A stretch of DNA of 63,670 nucleotides, filler included, from Gonapodya sp. JEL0774 (Eukaryota), in NCBI GenBank assembly GCA_027604505.1. It is 25 parts of 25 records of this genome, joined end to end, with 100 filler letters (N's around TTAATTAATTAA, not from the genome) between each part and the next. Parts side by side here need not be neighbours in the genome. Positions count along the whole stretch, not along the records: positions 1 to 2,465 come from JADIIX010001906.1; positions 2,566 to 5,029 come from JADIIX010001907.1; positions 5,130 to 7,593 come from JADIIX010001908.1; positions 7,694 to 10,156 come from JADIIX010001909.1; 21 more parts are not named here. One strand, given 5' to 3'. A model generated the notes under the pieces. That model searched no databases. It was not told where the DNA came from and was given only the letters and a program-made list of their open reading frames with translations. Both the position numbers and the translations under genes were made by a program. Position 1 is the stretch's first letter. Each line of letters starts with the position of its first letter. Below, in pieces: positions 1-10,256 of this stretch.

Positions 1-1
1 T

Positions 2-103
2 GCTGAGGCAAAGATTAAAGAGTACAAATTGAAAATGGAGAAGCAGTACCCTGGAACATTCATCTTAAAGCGACTGAGAAGTGACAATGCAGGAGAACTT
101 CTA
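2..103 (+). mobile_element. Ty1/copia integrase fragment (relic)
   Basis: Frame 2 reads AEAKIKEYKLKMEKQYPGTFILKRLRSDNAGEL, matching the copia integrase K-x-L-R-S-D-N-G-G-E motif; similarity stops at about 103. Confidence 0.65.
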
Positions 104-109
104 AAGTCA

Positions 110-981
110 AACCACCCATATCTCAACAAATCTTTTCAATTTCCTGCAATATGATTTGAAGGTTCCATAATTTCTCTTAAAAGGTGATGCAATAGAAGTT
201 GCACTGATTGTGTTTGAGGCATTACCAATAATGGTGAGATCAAGTTTTGGGGCATCAGCCTGGTAGAGCAAACTAGTCAGAGATTGTCACATGTTGCATT
301 CAATATGAAATACACTCACCCTGAGTATTCGGACATAGACCATTGTGAGCTGAGCCAATTGGATTTCACTGAACATTTCCTCATCTCTTGCAAGACGCGC
401 AAGCTGATACGTCTTCATGGTTTCAAGATTCTGGATCTCATGTGCCTACAGCAATCGATTGAGTTAGAAGTATGTCACTCACAACATTTATGAACCTGCC
501 TTCCCACTCCTCTCGTAAAAAAGAGTTATACACTTGAATAGGATAATTCTGACAGCTGCATTCCTGTGCCACCCATCAACGATGCCATACTTTGTCCCAT
601 TGGGGGCAGCATCTCCCGGTCCCTTTTGTAGGAGGAGCATCACGTTGTTACTATGGAATCCATATGACTCAATTGATGTTCTGTGGATGCAGGGGTTGAA
701 ACACACTAAACACATTGTAAACGGTGACAGAAACTGTACATGATTGGCGCGAGAGTCTCCATTCGAGCATCCAGAGGTCGAACATCCACGAAATGATCCT
801 CGTCGATGTCCTCAAGCGATATCTTGGAGATTTTTCCGGGAATGATCTCCACACTCTCGAGGAGCGAAGCCGAATCGCCGCGAGCCTCAATTGCGGCTGG
901 AGAGGGGGATCGACTCTTCGATCGCGATGCTTGAGCGCTCGGAGCTCCGACCGTTTCAATGCAGGCACGTTTCGGAGGCAT
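110..981 (-). pseudogene. Spliced ParB/Srx-like domain gene, probably frameshifted; 3' extent uncertain
   Basis: ATG at 981; exon 740-981 plus GT-AG intron 681-739 plus exon from 680 give KISLEDIDEDHFVDVRPLDARMETLAPIITSIESYGFHSNNVMLLL...KYGIVDGWHRNAAVR. Further GTGAGT donors and a CTAAC branch site lie downstream; apparent frameshift near 530-545. Confidence 0.6.
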
Positions 982-1456
982 TTTGTTTGTGAAACGAGGA
1001 GTGGACTCTCTGTGGCTGCCGATAATATAACTATGTCGGGATTTCACATAGCGCACATCTCGCTCTCAAATTTAGAGGATTTAGATTGTAATATTCGATT
1101 CAAATACTATGCTACATTCCATTTGTTCAAACGTCAGTCGAGCGAGTCACTGGTTGCGACACTGACATTCTGAACGAGGGTAAAAACTCTGATTTTGATT
1201 CACAGGGCCTGATCAATGTGCTGACTTGTGAGCCATCTGATGTGTTTGATCCGGAATCGCAGTGTTTCAGAGCGGGATGGGTGCTTCTCCACAGCACCGG
1301 TTTCGCAACAACACTCCAAAAGTCGATTTCCTCCTTGCATCGCTGAATGAAATCTCACGTCTTCACAAGCAGGAATCAAATCTTCGTCCATCATCCTTAT
1401 CCTCTCCTTTTACTCAACGAAACGTGCTGACAGTTAAACGTGACTTGACAATCATG

Positions 1457-2340
1457 GCACTTTCACAAAGCGTATCGGGTCGATATGGGCTGGCAGATTG
1501 GACTTTTGAATTCAAAGAAACTTGCAAAATGAGCGCTCTGAGATAGCGTATCGGTTCGATACGCTCTGTCAGAATGCATGTTTGACATCAGCTGAAAGAA
1601 GCGGAATTTGCAATCTGACGGAGCTTATCCAGTCGATACAGTCTGTCAGATTGCACTTTTCACTTCAATGAAACTGCCAATATCAGCACTCATAGAGCGT
1701 ATCAGGTCAATACCCACTGGGAGAGTGCAAGTCTGCTTTCAGCAGAAACGCATGGAAATAGCACTTTGCCATAGCGTATCGAGTCAATACGCTTTGTCAA
1801 AGTGTACTTTTGAACAGAAAGAAAAATTGCCAAATGATCTCTCTGAGAGCGTATCGGGTCAATACCCTCTGTCAGAGTGCATGTCCGACTTCAGTGAAAA
1901 CAAACAAAAATAGCACTTTGACGTCGCGTATCGGGTCGATATGCTTGGTCAGAGTGTACTTTGGCCTTAGAAGAAACCCGCGCAAGAGGTCCACGTTGAC
2001 AGTGCGTATTGCATTGATACACTCTGTTAAGGTGCACATTTGACATGTCCCAGAACGCAATATTTGTGCACTCTGACAGAGCGTATTGGGTCGATACACC
2101 ATGTGAGCGTGCACGTTTGACTTCAAGAAAATGAACAAAACGTGCACTTTGAGAGAGCATATCGGGCTGATACGTTCTCTCAGAGTGCGTATTCTATTAC
2201 AGCCAAAACACTTCAAAATTGCACTTTTACAGTGCGAATCGGGTTCATACGCCCTGTCAGAATGCACACTTGAGACTTCAAAGAATCGGGTTAGATTTAC
2301 TTTGAGAGAGCGTATCGACCCGATACACTCTCTGATTTTG
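1457..2340. repeat. Tandem array of 12 palindromic ~45-bp units separated by ~31-bp variable linkers (period 74-78 bp)
   Basis: Consensus GCACTCTGACAGAGCGTATCG-GGT-CGATACGCTCTGTCAGAGTGC; cores at 1471, 1547, 1624, 1698, 1775, 1850, 1927, 2005, 2082, 2158, 2235, 2311. Confidence 0.9.
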
Positions 2341-2465
2341 TCAAGTTTGGTTGTTCTCAGGAATGTAAAGAGTGTGGGAAAAGGCTTATATGTCAATCTG
2401 GGTGTGGTGAAGGGCATAATTTGTAAACTCAGTTGTGTGCACAGAGAAAATATAGATAAGCAACC

Positions 2466-2565
2466 NNNNNNNNNNNNNNNNNNNNNNNNNNNNNNNNNNN
2501 NNNNNNNNNTTAATTAATTAANNNNNNNNNNNNNNNNNNNNNNNNNNNNNNNNNNNNNNNNNNNN
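2466..2565. other. Artificial contig linker N44-TTAATTAATTAA-N44 (first of 24; last at 61136-61235)
   Basis: Identical 100-nt spacer with stops in all six frames recurs about every 2.55 kb; contig lengths fall from 2465 to 2435. Confidence 0.98.
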
Positions 2566-2637
2566 CCTGTTTCCGTCAATCCTACATCACCTTTCACGAT
2601 CTCTTATGCTGGGCCCAACGGTTTTACCTTTGATCAG

Positions 2638-3311
2638 TCTTCTCGATGACGCCGAACTCGCCCGCCTTGGCGCACCCTGGCACAAATACCTTGCCGCAGC
2701 TCACAAGGCCGGTGTGAGCGTCGCTCGGTGAGTAAATCCGACGTCCTCGCAACTCAATCCCGGTTATGTGATTTGTAATGACCTTGCTGTACTTCAACCC
2801 AACCTCAACCAGCCTCCCCATTCCCGAAGGCCACCCCCCGAGTACCTACCACCCACTCGACTCCCTCCTCTCCCTCCTCCTCTCCCACCTCTCTCTTGGC
2901 TATAACGTCTTAACACATTGTCGTGGCGGTGTTGGCCGAGCCGCGGTTATCGCATGCTGCCTTTTTCTTCGGATGGGATTGGTCAAGGGCAAAACAGGAT
3001 GGGAAAGGGGCAGGCGCGCGGTGGCAGCGGTGAGGTGTAGAAGGGGGATGCGGTCGGTGGAAACTGCAGTACAGGAGGAGTTCGTGGAGGGTTATTGGGA
3101 CTGGAGAGAGAAGAAGCTTGCACAAGGACGAATGGGAAGCAGTGTGCGCACCGAGGACAAGGTGGCTGCACCAAATGTTAAGATTGCTGTCGAAGAGTCC
3201 GAGAGTAGAACGAATGACGGCGTGCTGAACGTTAGAGGTGACAGTGCCTCGCTGCAGGAGGAAGCACGTGTCGTCGCCGTTATGAACACCGTAGAACCGG
3301 CCGCACAATAG
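2638..3311 (+). CDS. CDKN3-like / dual-specificity protein phosphatase, 3' part
   Basis: Exon 2638-2727 (LLDDAELARLGAPWHKYLAAA) is spliced to LPIPEG; catalytic HCRGGVGRA (HCx5R) and SVETAVQEEFV. Confidence 0.8.
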
Positions 3312-3809
3312 TTTGCAAGTGGTGGCCTGCACGACTGTCATTGGCATGATTTGGATACGGTTACAAATCTTGTTCGGTTGTTGCGGTGGCCTGCAAGGAC
3401 TAGCCTTGTTGGATGGTCGAGTCTTCCGTAATGATGCCCTCATGGACCGCTTTTTATCTTCATATTGCTAAAAACTCATAGTACCCACGTACTAATATCA
3501 TGTCATTCTGGGGATGAACATCCATTGAATGTCAGGCGGATCGAGGGTAAGTGAATTAGAGGAACAATGGTGGTGAGGCTAACTATATATGCACCCGCAA
3601 CCTGTGAACGGGAGCGAAGTGGAATGCAATGTAGTTTTGATTATCGTATACATGTAGTCCGAATTGAATATATACAGCCTCTCTGTGGCACTTGCAGAAA
3701 TCTCAGTATCGGGACACCGCAGCTCTTATCACGCCTTCTTAGAAACAACTGTGAGAAAGCAGCAAAGAAGCACAATTCGTTAATACAATAGGGCGCTAAT
3801 GCCTGCCCC

Positions 3810-4828
3810 TCAGTACATTCCCTCCAGTAACTTACTGGCAAAGTTCCCGCCTTGTGTCTTGACGATCCCGCTCCCATGAATGGCCTTTTTGAGGGCCTTC
3901 GGGTCCACATTGCGTTCATGCCACGCGGATTTTCGGAGTTTGATGGGTCGGTTGCCGACGTACTTGCCTGGAAACCGAGAAAATAGTGCACATTGGACTG
4001 GTGGTGGGTCGAAAGGGCCACTATCACAAGGCAAGACCTACCTTGCATTTCCTTCATGGCCTTGACAAAGTCTTCTGGGTCTTTGAAGCTCACGAAACCA
4101 TACCCTTTCGTCTTTCCTGTGCGCTTGTCACGAACCACACGCGCTCGTTGAAAAGAAGAGTACTTTGAAAACGCTCGAATAAGGTCTTGATCGTTACATT
4201 CGTTGCTCAGATCGCCGCAAAAGATGCGAAAGTCATCTTGAATAGACGGAAAACCGAGATTGAGATGAGGTTCATGGTTCAGGTGTGCACAACATCTTGG
4301 GGACGCTGCGCACGTACTTGGATCCCAATCAGCCATAGTTTGGTCCTCCCACAGATCTCCTCCAGCTGCCCTAATTGTCCCCTTCTTCTTTTGCTTTCCT
4401 TTCTCGGCTAACGCTACCGGATCCACTTCCTTCTTTTGTGGAGGCGGCATCCCTGGGAAACCGCCAACGCCGTATCCGTAACCGCCATCAGCGCCACCTC
4501 CAGTGCCAGTGCCGTACGAGCCGTAATCAGTTGGCCCAGGTGGAGCGGTCCCATAAGCTCCGGTGGCAGTTCCGTAAGCATTCGCAGGAGCAGCAGTCCC
4601 ATATGCGTAGCCACCAGAACCACCTGCATTGCCTCCTGTGTAGTCTGAGTACCCATACCCAGCATTGGGGTCTGTTTGCGTGCCGTATGAAGTCGCAGCT
4701 GCGTTCGGGTCGGCATTTCCATAGTATTGCGCGTAGTACTGAGCATGCCATGCCTGCATCGTGGCATCATCAGGGGCGGCAGGAGCTGCAGGGTCGACGT
4801 ACCCATATGTTCCAGGGGGCCCTGACAT
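3810..4828 (-). CDS. RBM42: RNA-binding protein 42-like (RRM, U4/U6.U5-associated)
   Basis: IRAAGGDLWEDQTMADWDP, DFRIFCGDLSNE, KTKGYGFVSF, GKYVGNRPIKLRKS; two introns. Confidence 0.85.
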
Positions 4829-5552
4829 GATCGCAATACAATGAGAGAGCGTGAGCGGGGAAAATCGTTGAAGTTTGTTCCAACACGTACCCCAACCCAC
4901 CTTGATCCGACAGCCGGGATCACGAATACAGGTACAAGTGATAAAAAATTGGGTATGTAGTGCTATTGCGTAATTTTACAGTAAATTGCGTGAAAAGTAC
5001 AATTCTCGATCAGGTGCCCTCCATGCGGANNNNNNNNNNNNNNNNNNNNNNNNNNNNNNNNNNNNNNNNNNNNTTAATTAATTAANNNNNNNNNNNNNNN
5101 NNNNNNNNNNNNNNNNNNNNNNNNNNNNNGACTGAGTCTTCGAAGGCGGAATCTTCGCGTGAGTCAGTGACGTCCGAGGACATAGCACACAGTGTGTGTC
5201 GTTATGAGTGATTACGTTATTCCTGCTGAGTGAAGTGAAGGTACTGAGGATCATGCCCACGGTCATCTGTTCACCACTGCCGAGGTGGAAATTCGCCCCC
5301 CACTCCTTTCATCACCCGACACAAAACCAACTTGCATTCCGCATATTGCGAGGAGATCGGTTTCAAGCATTATCTGTGCAATCAAATTATGTAAATTCTC
5401 TCATGGCGCAAGGAAGCAGGATTAGCTACGTAGCGCCGATTCCCATGTATTTTATGCAATGTGGAGATTGAATTGCTCCCTCGTACTTCTGTTGCGTCGG
5501 TCCTTTTAGCACGGTCGAAACTCCGAGCAATATGCCGTGGTTCACTCTTTCT

Positions 5553-6385
5553 TTATTTCTTTATCCGGACCTCTGCCATCGCTTTCGCCATTGCTCTTTC
5601 GCCTGCATCATCTGCTGCCTTGGTGGCTTCATAGACCCCTTCAAAATTCTTCTCAGCCATATTCTGGCTCAGCTTCCTCTTTCCTTCCAGCCGCTCCACA
5701 TGGATAACAACACCAACTATCGATTTCAGCATTGTGTTTATGTATCCTTCAGGCGCATCGCTGACTTTCCATGAGGACGTCCGCTTTGTCTCATGATGGT
5801 CTGTCAGCCGCGTCACAATTTCATGGAGAGAATCACGATCGTGAACAATTTCGACCCGCCCGTAAACATGCACTGCCTTACGAAACATTTTCAATAAATC
5901 AGGGAAAGGCGATGGTATTCATGAACCGAAAATTTCACTGTCACCTCGTAATTCCATGTGGGCACGTGTTTCCCATGCTCCTGCTTCGTAGGGTACCAAG
6001 ATGGGGAGACATACGCGTTTGCGGGTGTTTGAAAGATAACCAAGCTGGAGTCCGACGAGCTATTGTGATCCGCGAACTCTTTCCAGTGTGGATTGGCCTT
6101 GGCAATGTGCCCCAATAACCGAATTTTCAAGGTCTCATCTCCTTCAGACTCTGTTGTGGGTACTGAATCAACTATCCACGGCAAATTTGTCGCCAAGAGG
6201 CCAGATTGGTGGCTGTATGAGACTAGGTTTCCGGTCTGCGCCTCTTGGATGAGGCGGATGAGAGTAGGCAGGGACTCTTCGCGGAAGTGCTGCAGAATTG
6301 GGATAAGAGGTCCCCGCATCAGGTAGGGACTGAGCCATTATATGCTTGTTACGACACCAGGAGATCGCACCTTGGGAATGTACAT
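5553..6385 (-). CDS. PaiB-family FMN-binding (split-barrel) protein
   Basis: MYIPK | intron | HFREE...GHIAKANPHW...AYVSPSWYPTKQEHGKHVPTWNYE | intron | AVHVYG...EGKRKLSQN. Confidence 0.85.
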
Positions 6386-7692
6386 ACGATCCTGGGGATT
6401 TCAACCGAATATCCAAGTGGTTGAAAACCAGTCGGCCCGGGAAACTCCCGATCAACTCCAAACCACTCCCCACAACTCCGGAGGACCGGGAGTAGACGGA
6501 GGCTACGGAGTGTCCGGACTCCAGACCCCGTACTCCGGAGTTGACTTTTGGCCTCCATTGCAACTCCAGAGAGGCTGTCTTTGCCTCCATTGCAACTCCC
6601 CAACGCAACTCTGAAGGACTCCAATCGCCTCCGGCTACTCAGAAACTTTTCTATCTAAGGATTGAGAGTATTTTGTATTACCGTTTACAATGAAAATCAA
6701 GCAGCTACAGAATATCCTAGCTCACCCTTCTCGAACCTGTTTCCGTAAATCATGCCCAATACCTGGATGGTTCCGACTGACTTACCTTGTCATTGATGAT
6801 ATCCAATGGGAGAGTCCCGAAATTGATCGCACGGGTGTTCGTTCACGACTCACGTCGCAGGATTTGTGGAGCGGTTAGGTTCCCAGAAATGTGCATGCAG
6901 AGCCCACTTCTGTCAAGACATAAACCAACTTACCAAGTTCAAGTCCCGGACGATTTGAGCGTACTCCTGGAAGGTCTATCTGCTTGTATCTGCCAACCCT
7001 GGAACTACTGTATCACCTGCTAGTATCACATTTCCCCGAACCAAATGGCAGATAGTAAAGGTCGAATTTCACTTACGTGTTCTTTCCCATTTCAGTGATT
7101 GCGATAGTCAAAGAAAAGTTCGGGGGGATGCTGCTTGCGATCGCGTTGCTGGTGCACATAACAGTGAATTTTTTGTATATGTTCCCATCCCCAACACACA
7201 GATGAAGGATCCCTTTGACTCCCCATCAATGGCCAAAAGTGTACGCACTAATCCGGTGAAGTCAGCATCGCCGTCTGCTTTTCTATTGTTTCTTGTTCCC
7301 CCAGGTACGTTCCACTAGTCCCCAGTTTGTGATCGAGCTACCTCCATTGATCGTCCATCCTCCCAGGATTCGAGCCCGAATCTGCGGATGAAATTTACCA
7401 TTCGCTTTCTCAAGTCTACCATCATATGCCCCTTAGCCCATCGATCCTCCTTCTCTATCCTCCGCACGGCATTGTTGTCACCCGGGAGCCACTTCACCTC
7501 ACCCACGAGATTTTGCTCGCGATTTCGGACCTCAAAACGATTGAGAACGTGTACTTAGACGTGGTGGGAGACTGGATGGGGCAGAGAGTTGATNNNNNNN
7601 NNNNNNNNNNNNNNNNNNNNNNNNNNNNNNNNNNNNNTTAATTAATTAANNNNNNNNNNNNNNNNNNNNNNNNNNNNNNNNNNNNNNNNNNN

Positions 7693-8683
7693 NGTTTAGT
7701 GGATTATGTAACAAAACATGAAACATAGAAAGATTCGACTTACGACCAATACCCAAAGCTTGTGTAAAAGCGCATAACCTCTCGGCCGTCAGTGTAGGTC
7801 GCATGAACAGCTGCGATTGTCTGGGATGGGTAGTTGGCCGTTCCGTCTGAGGCGAAGTAAGCAACAGGAACAATGCTTAGCAAATTGCTCGGCATAGGCG
7901 TATAGAGTACAGCGGGGTAGTGATACAGTCCCGGGTTGGAGATGTTCGCGGAAGTCTTGATTTTTGCTAACGTTGCGTATGATGCGTTGAAGGAGATGGG
8001 TTGGACGGCGCTTGTGCCGTAGACAGCAGTGTTGGCAACGATGGTGCCGTCTGATGGCAGTGGCGTGTCATTGATGGTAACACGGCGGACTCCATATGTT
8101 CTTTCGTAATTCTCGAGCTGTTACATGAGCAGATTAAATAACCTTCAGTATCAAATGAAGATGTTTTGTCTCTGGACACAACTATACTCACATAAGCCCA
8201 TTGAGAGGTGGTAAGTAAAGATTGCCATGTAGTTCCGTCGTTTGAATACTGCAGGAATGGGTGTGGATCGGAACAGGGGATTTGTCAATTGGGATGGACT
8301 TGGGGAAGGTCAATTTCAGCTCTTTCGAACCTGGAGTTGTCCCGATGTGAGCACAATAAGAGAGTACTGTGGACTCCCATTTGCATCCAGCAGAGTAAGA
8401 TTCCCGGAGAGCCCGGTCGAAGGAATTACGACCAGATCGTACTGAAGTTCGTATGATGAGAACGTCGTTTTTGGAGCTGCATGAATCCACCGATGAACGT
8501 GACAGCTGCAAAATGAGCATCACACACGATATTCTTACCGTCCTCCCCACCGTTCGGAGTGGTCAGAAGTAATATTCGATTTGAGACCGATGTAGTCCAG
8601 ACCCCACCTTCTGATCTCACACAGACCAGGTGACAAATGAGCGGGAGGACGAACCAGACGACCCCTGACAGTCCGATACCCAT
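7693..8683 (-). CDS. Secreted Agd3-like (CE18-associated) protein, N-terminal part
   Basis: Signal-peptide-like exon 1; spliced exons give YDLVVIPSTGL...WQSLLTTSQWAYLENYERTYGVRRVTINDTP...GLYHYPAV...AAVHATYTDGRE, resembling the Agd3 N-terminal region; truncated by contig end. Confidence 0.65.
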
Positions 8684-9275
8684 GGCTGCAAAAGAGGAGT
8701 AAGCTCACAAAGACTGTATTCCTAATATACACTTGAATTTCAACTATTAGGACTGTGGCGTCAACGTTGGGACAAGGTCTCGCGCTTGGCGAGCGGGGGA
8801 GTAGGTCCAGACACAAACAATTGGCGGCAAAAAACACAAAACAGCTATTCTCCATCATAAGACCAGAGTTTGGTGTGGGTTTCTTGCGTTGTCTGTTTTG
8901 TTCCGAGGACTATTCTGACCAGATGAAGCACCAACCTGAAGAATGCCGGCCTGAGGGTCATGATCGTGATTGATGAAAAAGGTGAAGATGGGGAGTAATA
9001 GATGGGGTCTCGAGAATTCTGCATTCAGTGAGAACTGCCCTTAAAGATCGGAAGTAAAATGGAGCACCAACAATAATCACGACCAAAGGAAGAAGCGAGA
9101 CATGCACAGTTGGGGAACAGAAATCTTACTCATTCAGACATCCGAAGGTTTCAAATAATTTTCCTAAACCACAGTCCACCTTCGAAGGCCAAACAAAGCC
9201 ATAATATATTAAGCTCACTAACACATGATCTACGGGTTGAGTGAACGCAAAGATAGTCCTACCATCCATCAAAGT

Positions 9276-10156
9276 TCAATACTCTTCTTCATCACTCCCG
9301 CTATAGTCCACGAGCCCTGAAAGCCCGACTGGGCTACCAATAGCGACATCTGGAACTTGATTCTGGTCTGAAGGGGTTTTATCCTCCGAAGTAGTTCCCT
9401 GATGGGTTGTCGAACTCTGATCCTGTCGCGGCGGCGGAGGTCCCCCACTTGCATTGGTGGATTCAAACTCCAACACGCCATCAAATTGCTGAGCGTCAGG
9501 GCGATCCTCGGAAGTTTCAACAAATGTGGTTTCAACAAGTACTCTGGCATGTGATGGGTCCCTTTGAAACTTGGATTTTGCTTCTTCATATGCCCCGTGC
9601 AGACTGAGTTGCAAAAGGAATCGATCAGCAGGACTGATCGACAGTCGTCGTGATAACGCGAAGACGTCACCTATTCCAAGGCTTGAGGAAGGCGAATCGT
9701 TCGTCCGCGGAGTTGCGATCTCGAAGTTTCGCTTCAAAGAGGGGACCGTGTAGTGTCGCGTACGCGGCCGATCGAAGAATTAAACTCATTTGGGTGTTGG
9801 GATCGGAACGGGTGGCTGTCGTGCTGCGTTGAAAAGACTTGAATTTTGGTTTGTCACGTGAAATGCGATTGTAGGACAAACCTCTGTTGTGGTAAATGGC
9901 TCGAATCCGGCGTTGTTTCGTGAATAGCTTCCTGAGGGGTAGCTGAAGCGGATGGCGCAGCGAGTGCGTCTTTGCCTGATTCCTGGGGCTCCGCACTTGA
10001 ATGATTTTCGTTGTTGTGTCCCTCTCCACCAACACTGACAGCCTGACCTGAATCACCGCCTCCCCGTCCGTCCGCCCCTTCTTCGTCGTATACCCACAAT
10101 CCCATTTCCATCGCCCGTCTCACGTGTCGATAGTACGAGTAAAAAGGATCGCGGTC
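9276..10156 (-). CDS. SURP/SWAP-domain splicing factor (SFSWAP-like), 3' part
   Basis: DPFYSYYRHV (end of a SURP domain); HGPLFEAKLRDRNSADERFAFLKPWN (second SURP); acidic C-terminus GLVDYSGSDEEEY. Confidence 0.65.
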
Positions 10157-10256
10157 NNNNNNNNNNNNNNNNNNNNNNNNNNNNNNNNNNNNNNNNNNNN
10201 TTAATTAATTAANNNNNNNNNNNNNNNNNNNNNNNNNNNNNNNNNNNNNNNNNNNN

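Noticed and set aside
1457..2340. CRISPR array interpretation of the repeat-spacer pattern
   Set aside because: Repeats are too degenerate, linkers share residual similarity to one another, no cas genes are present, and the adjacent gene has spliceosomal introns
1608..2517. ORFs of 77-181 aa overlapping the palindrome array
   Set aside because: By-products of the repeat; the ~76-bp period is not a consistent multiple of 3 and no protein motif is present
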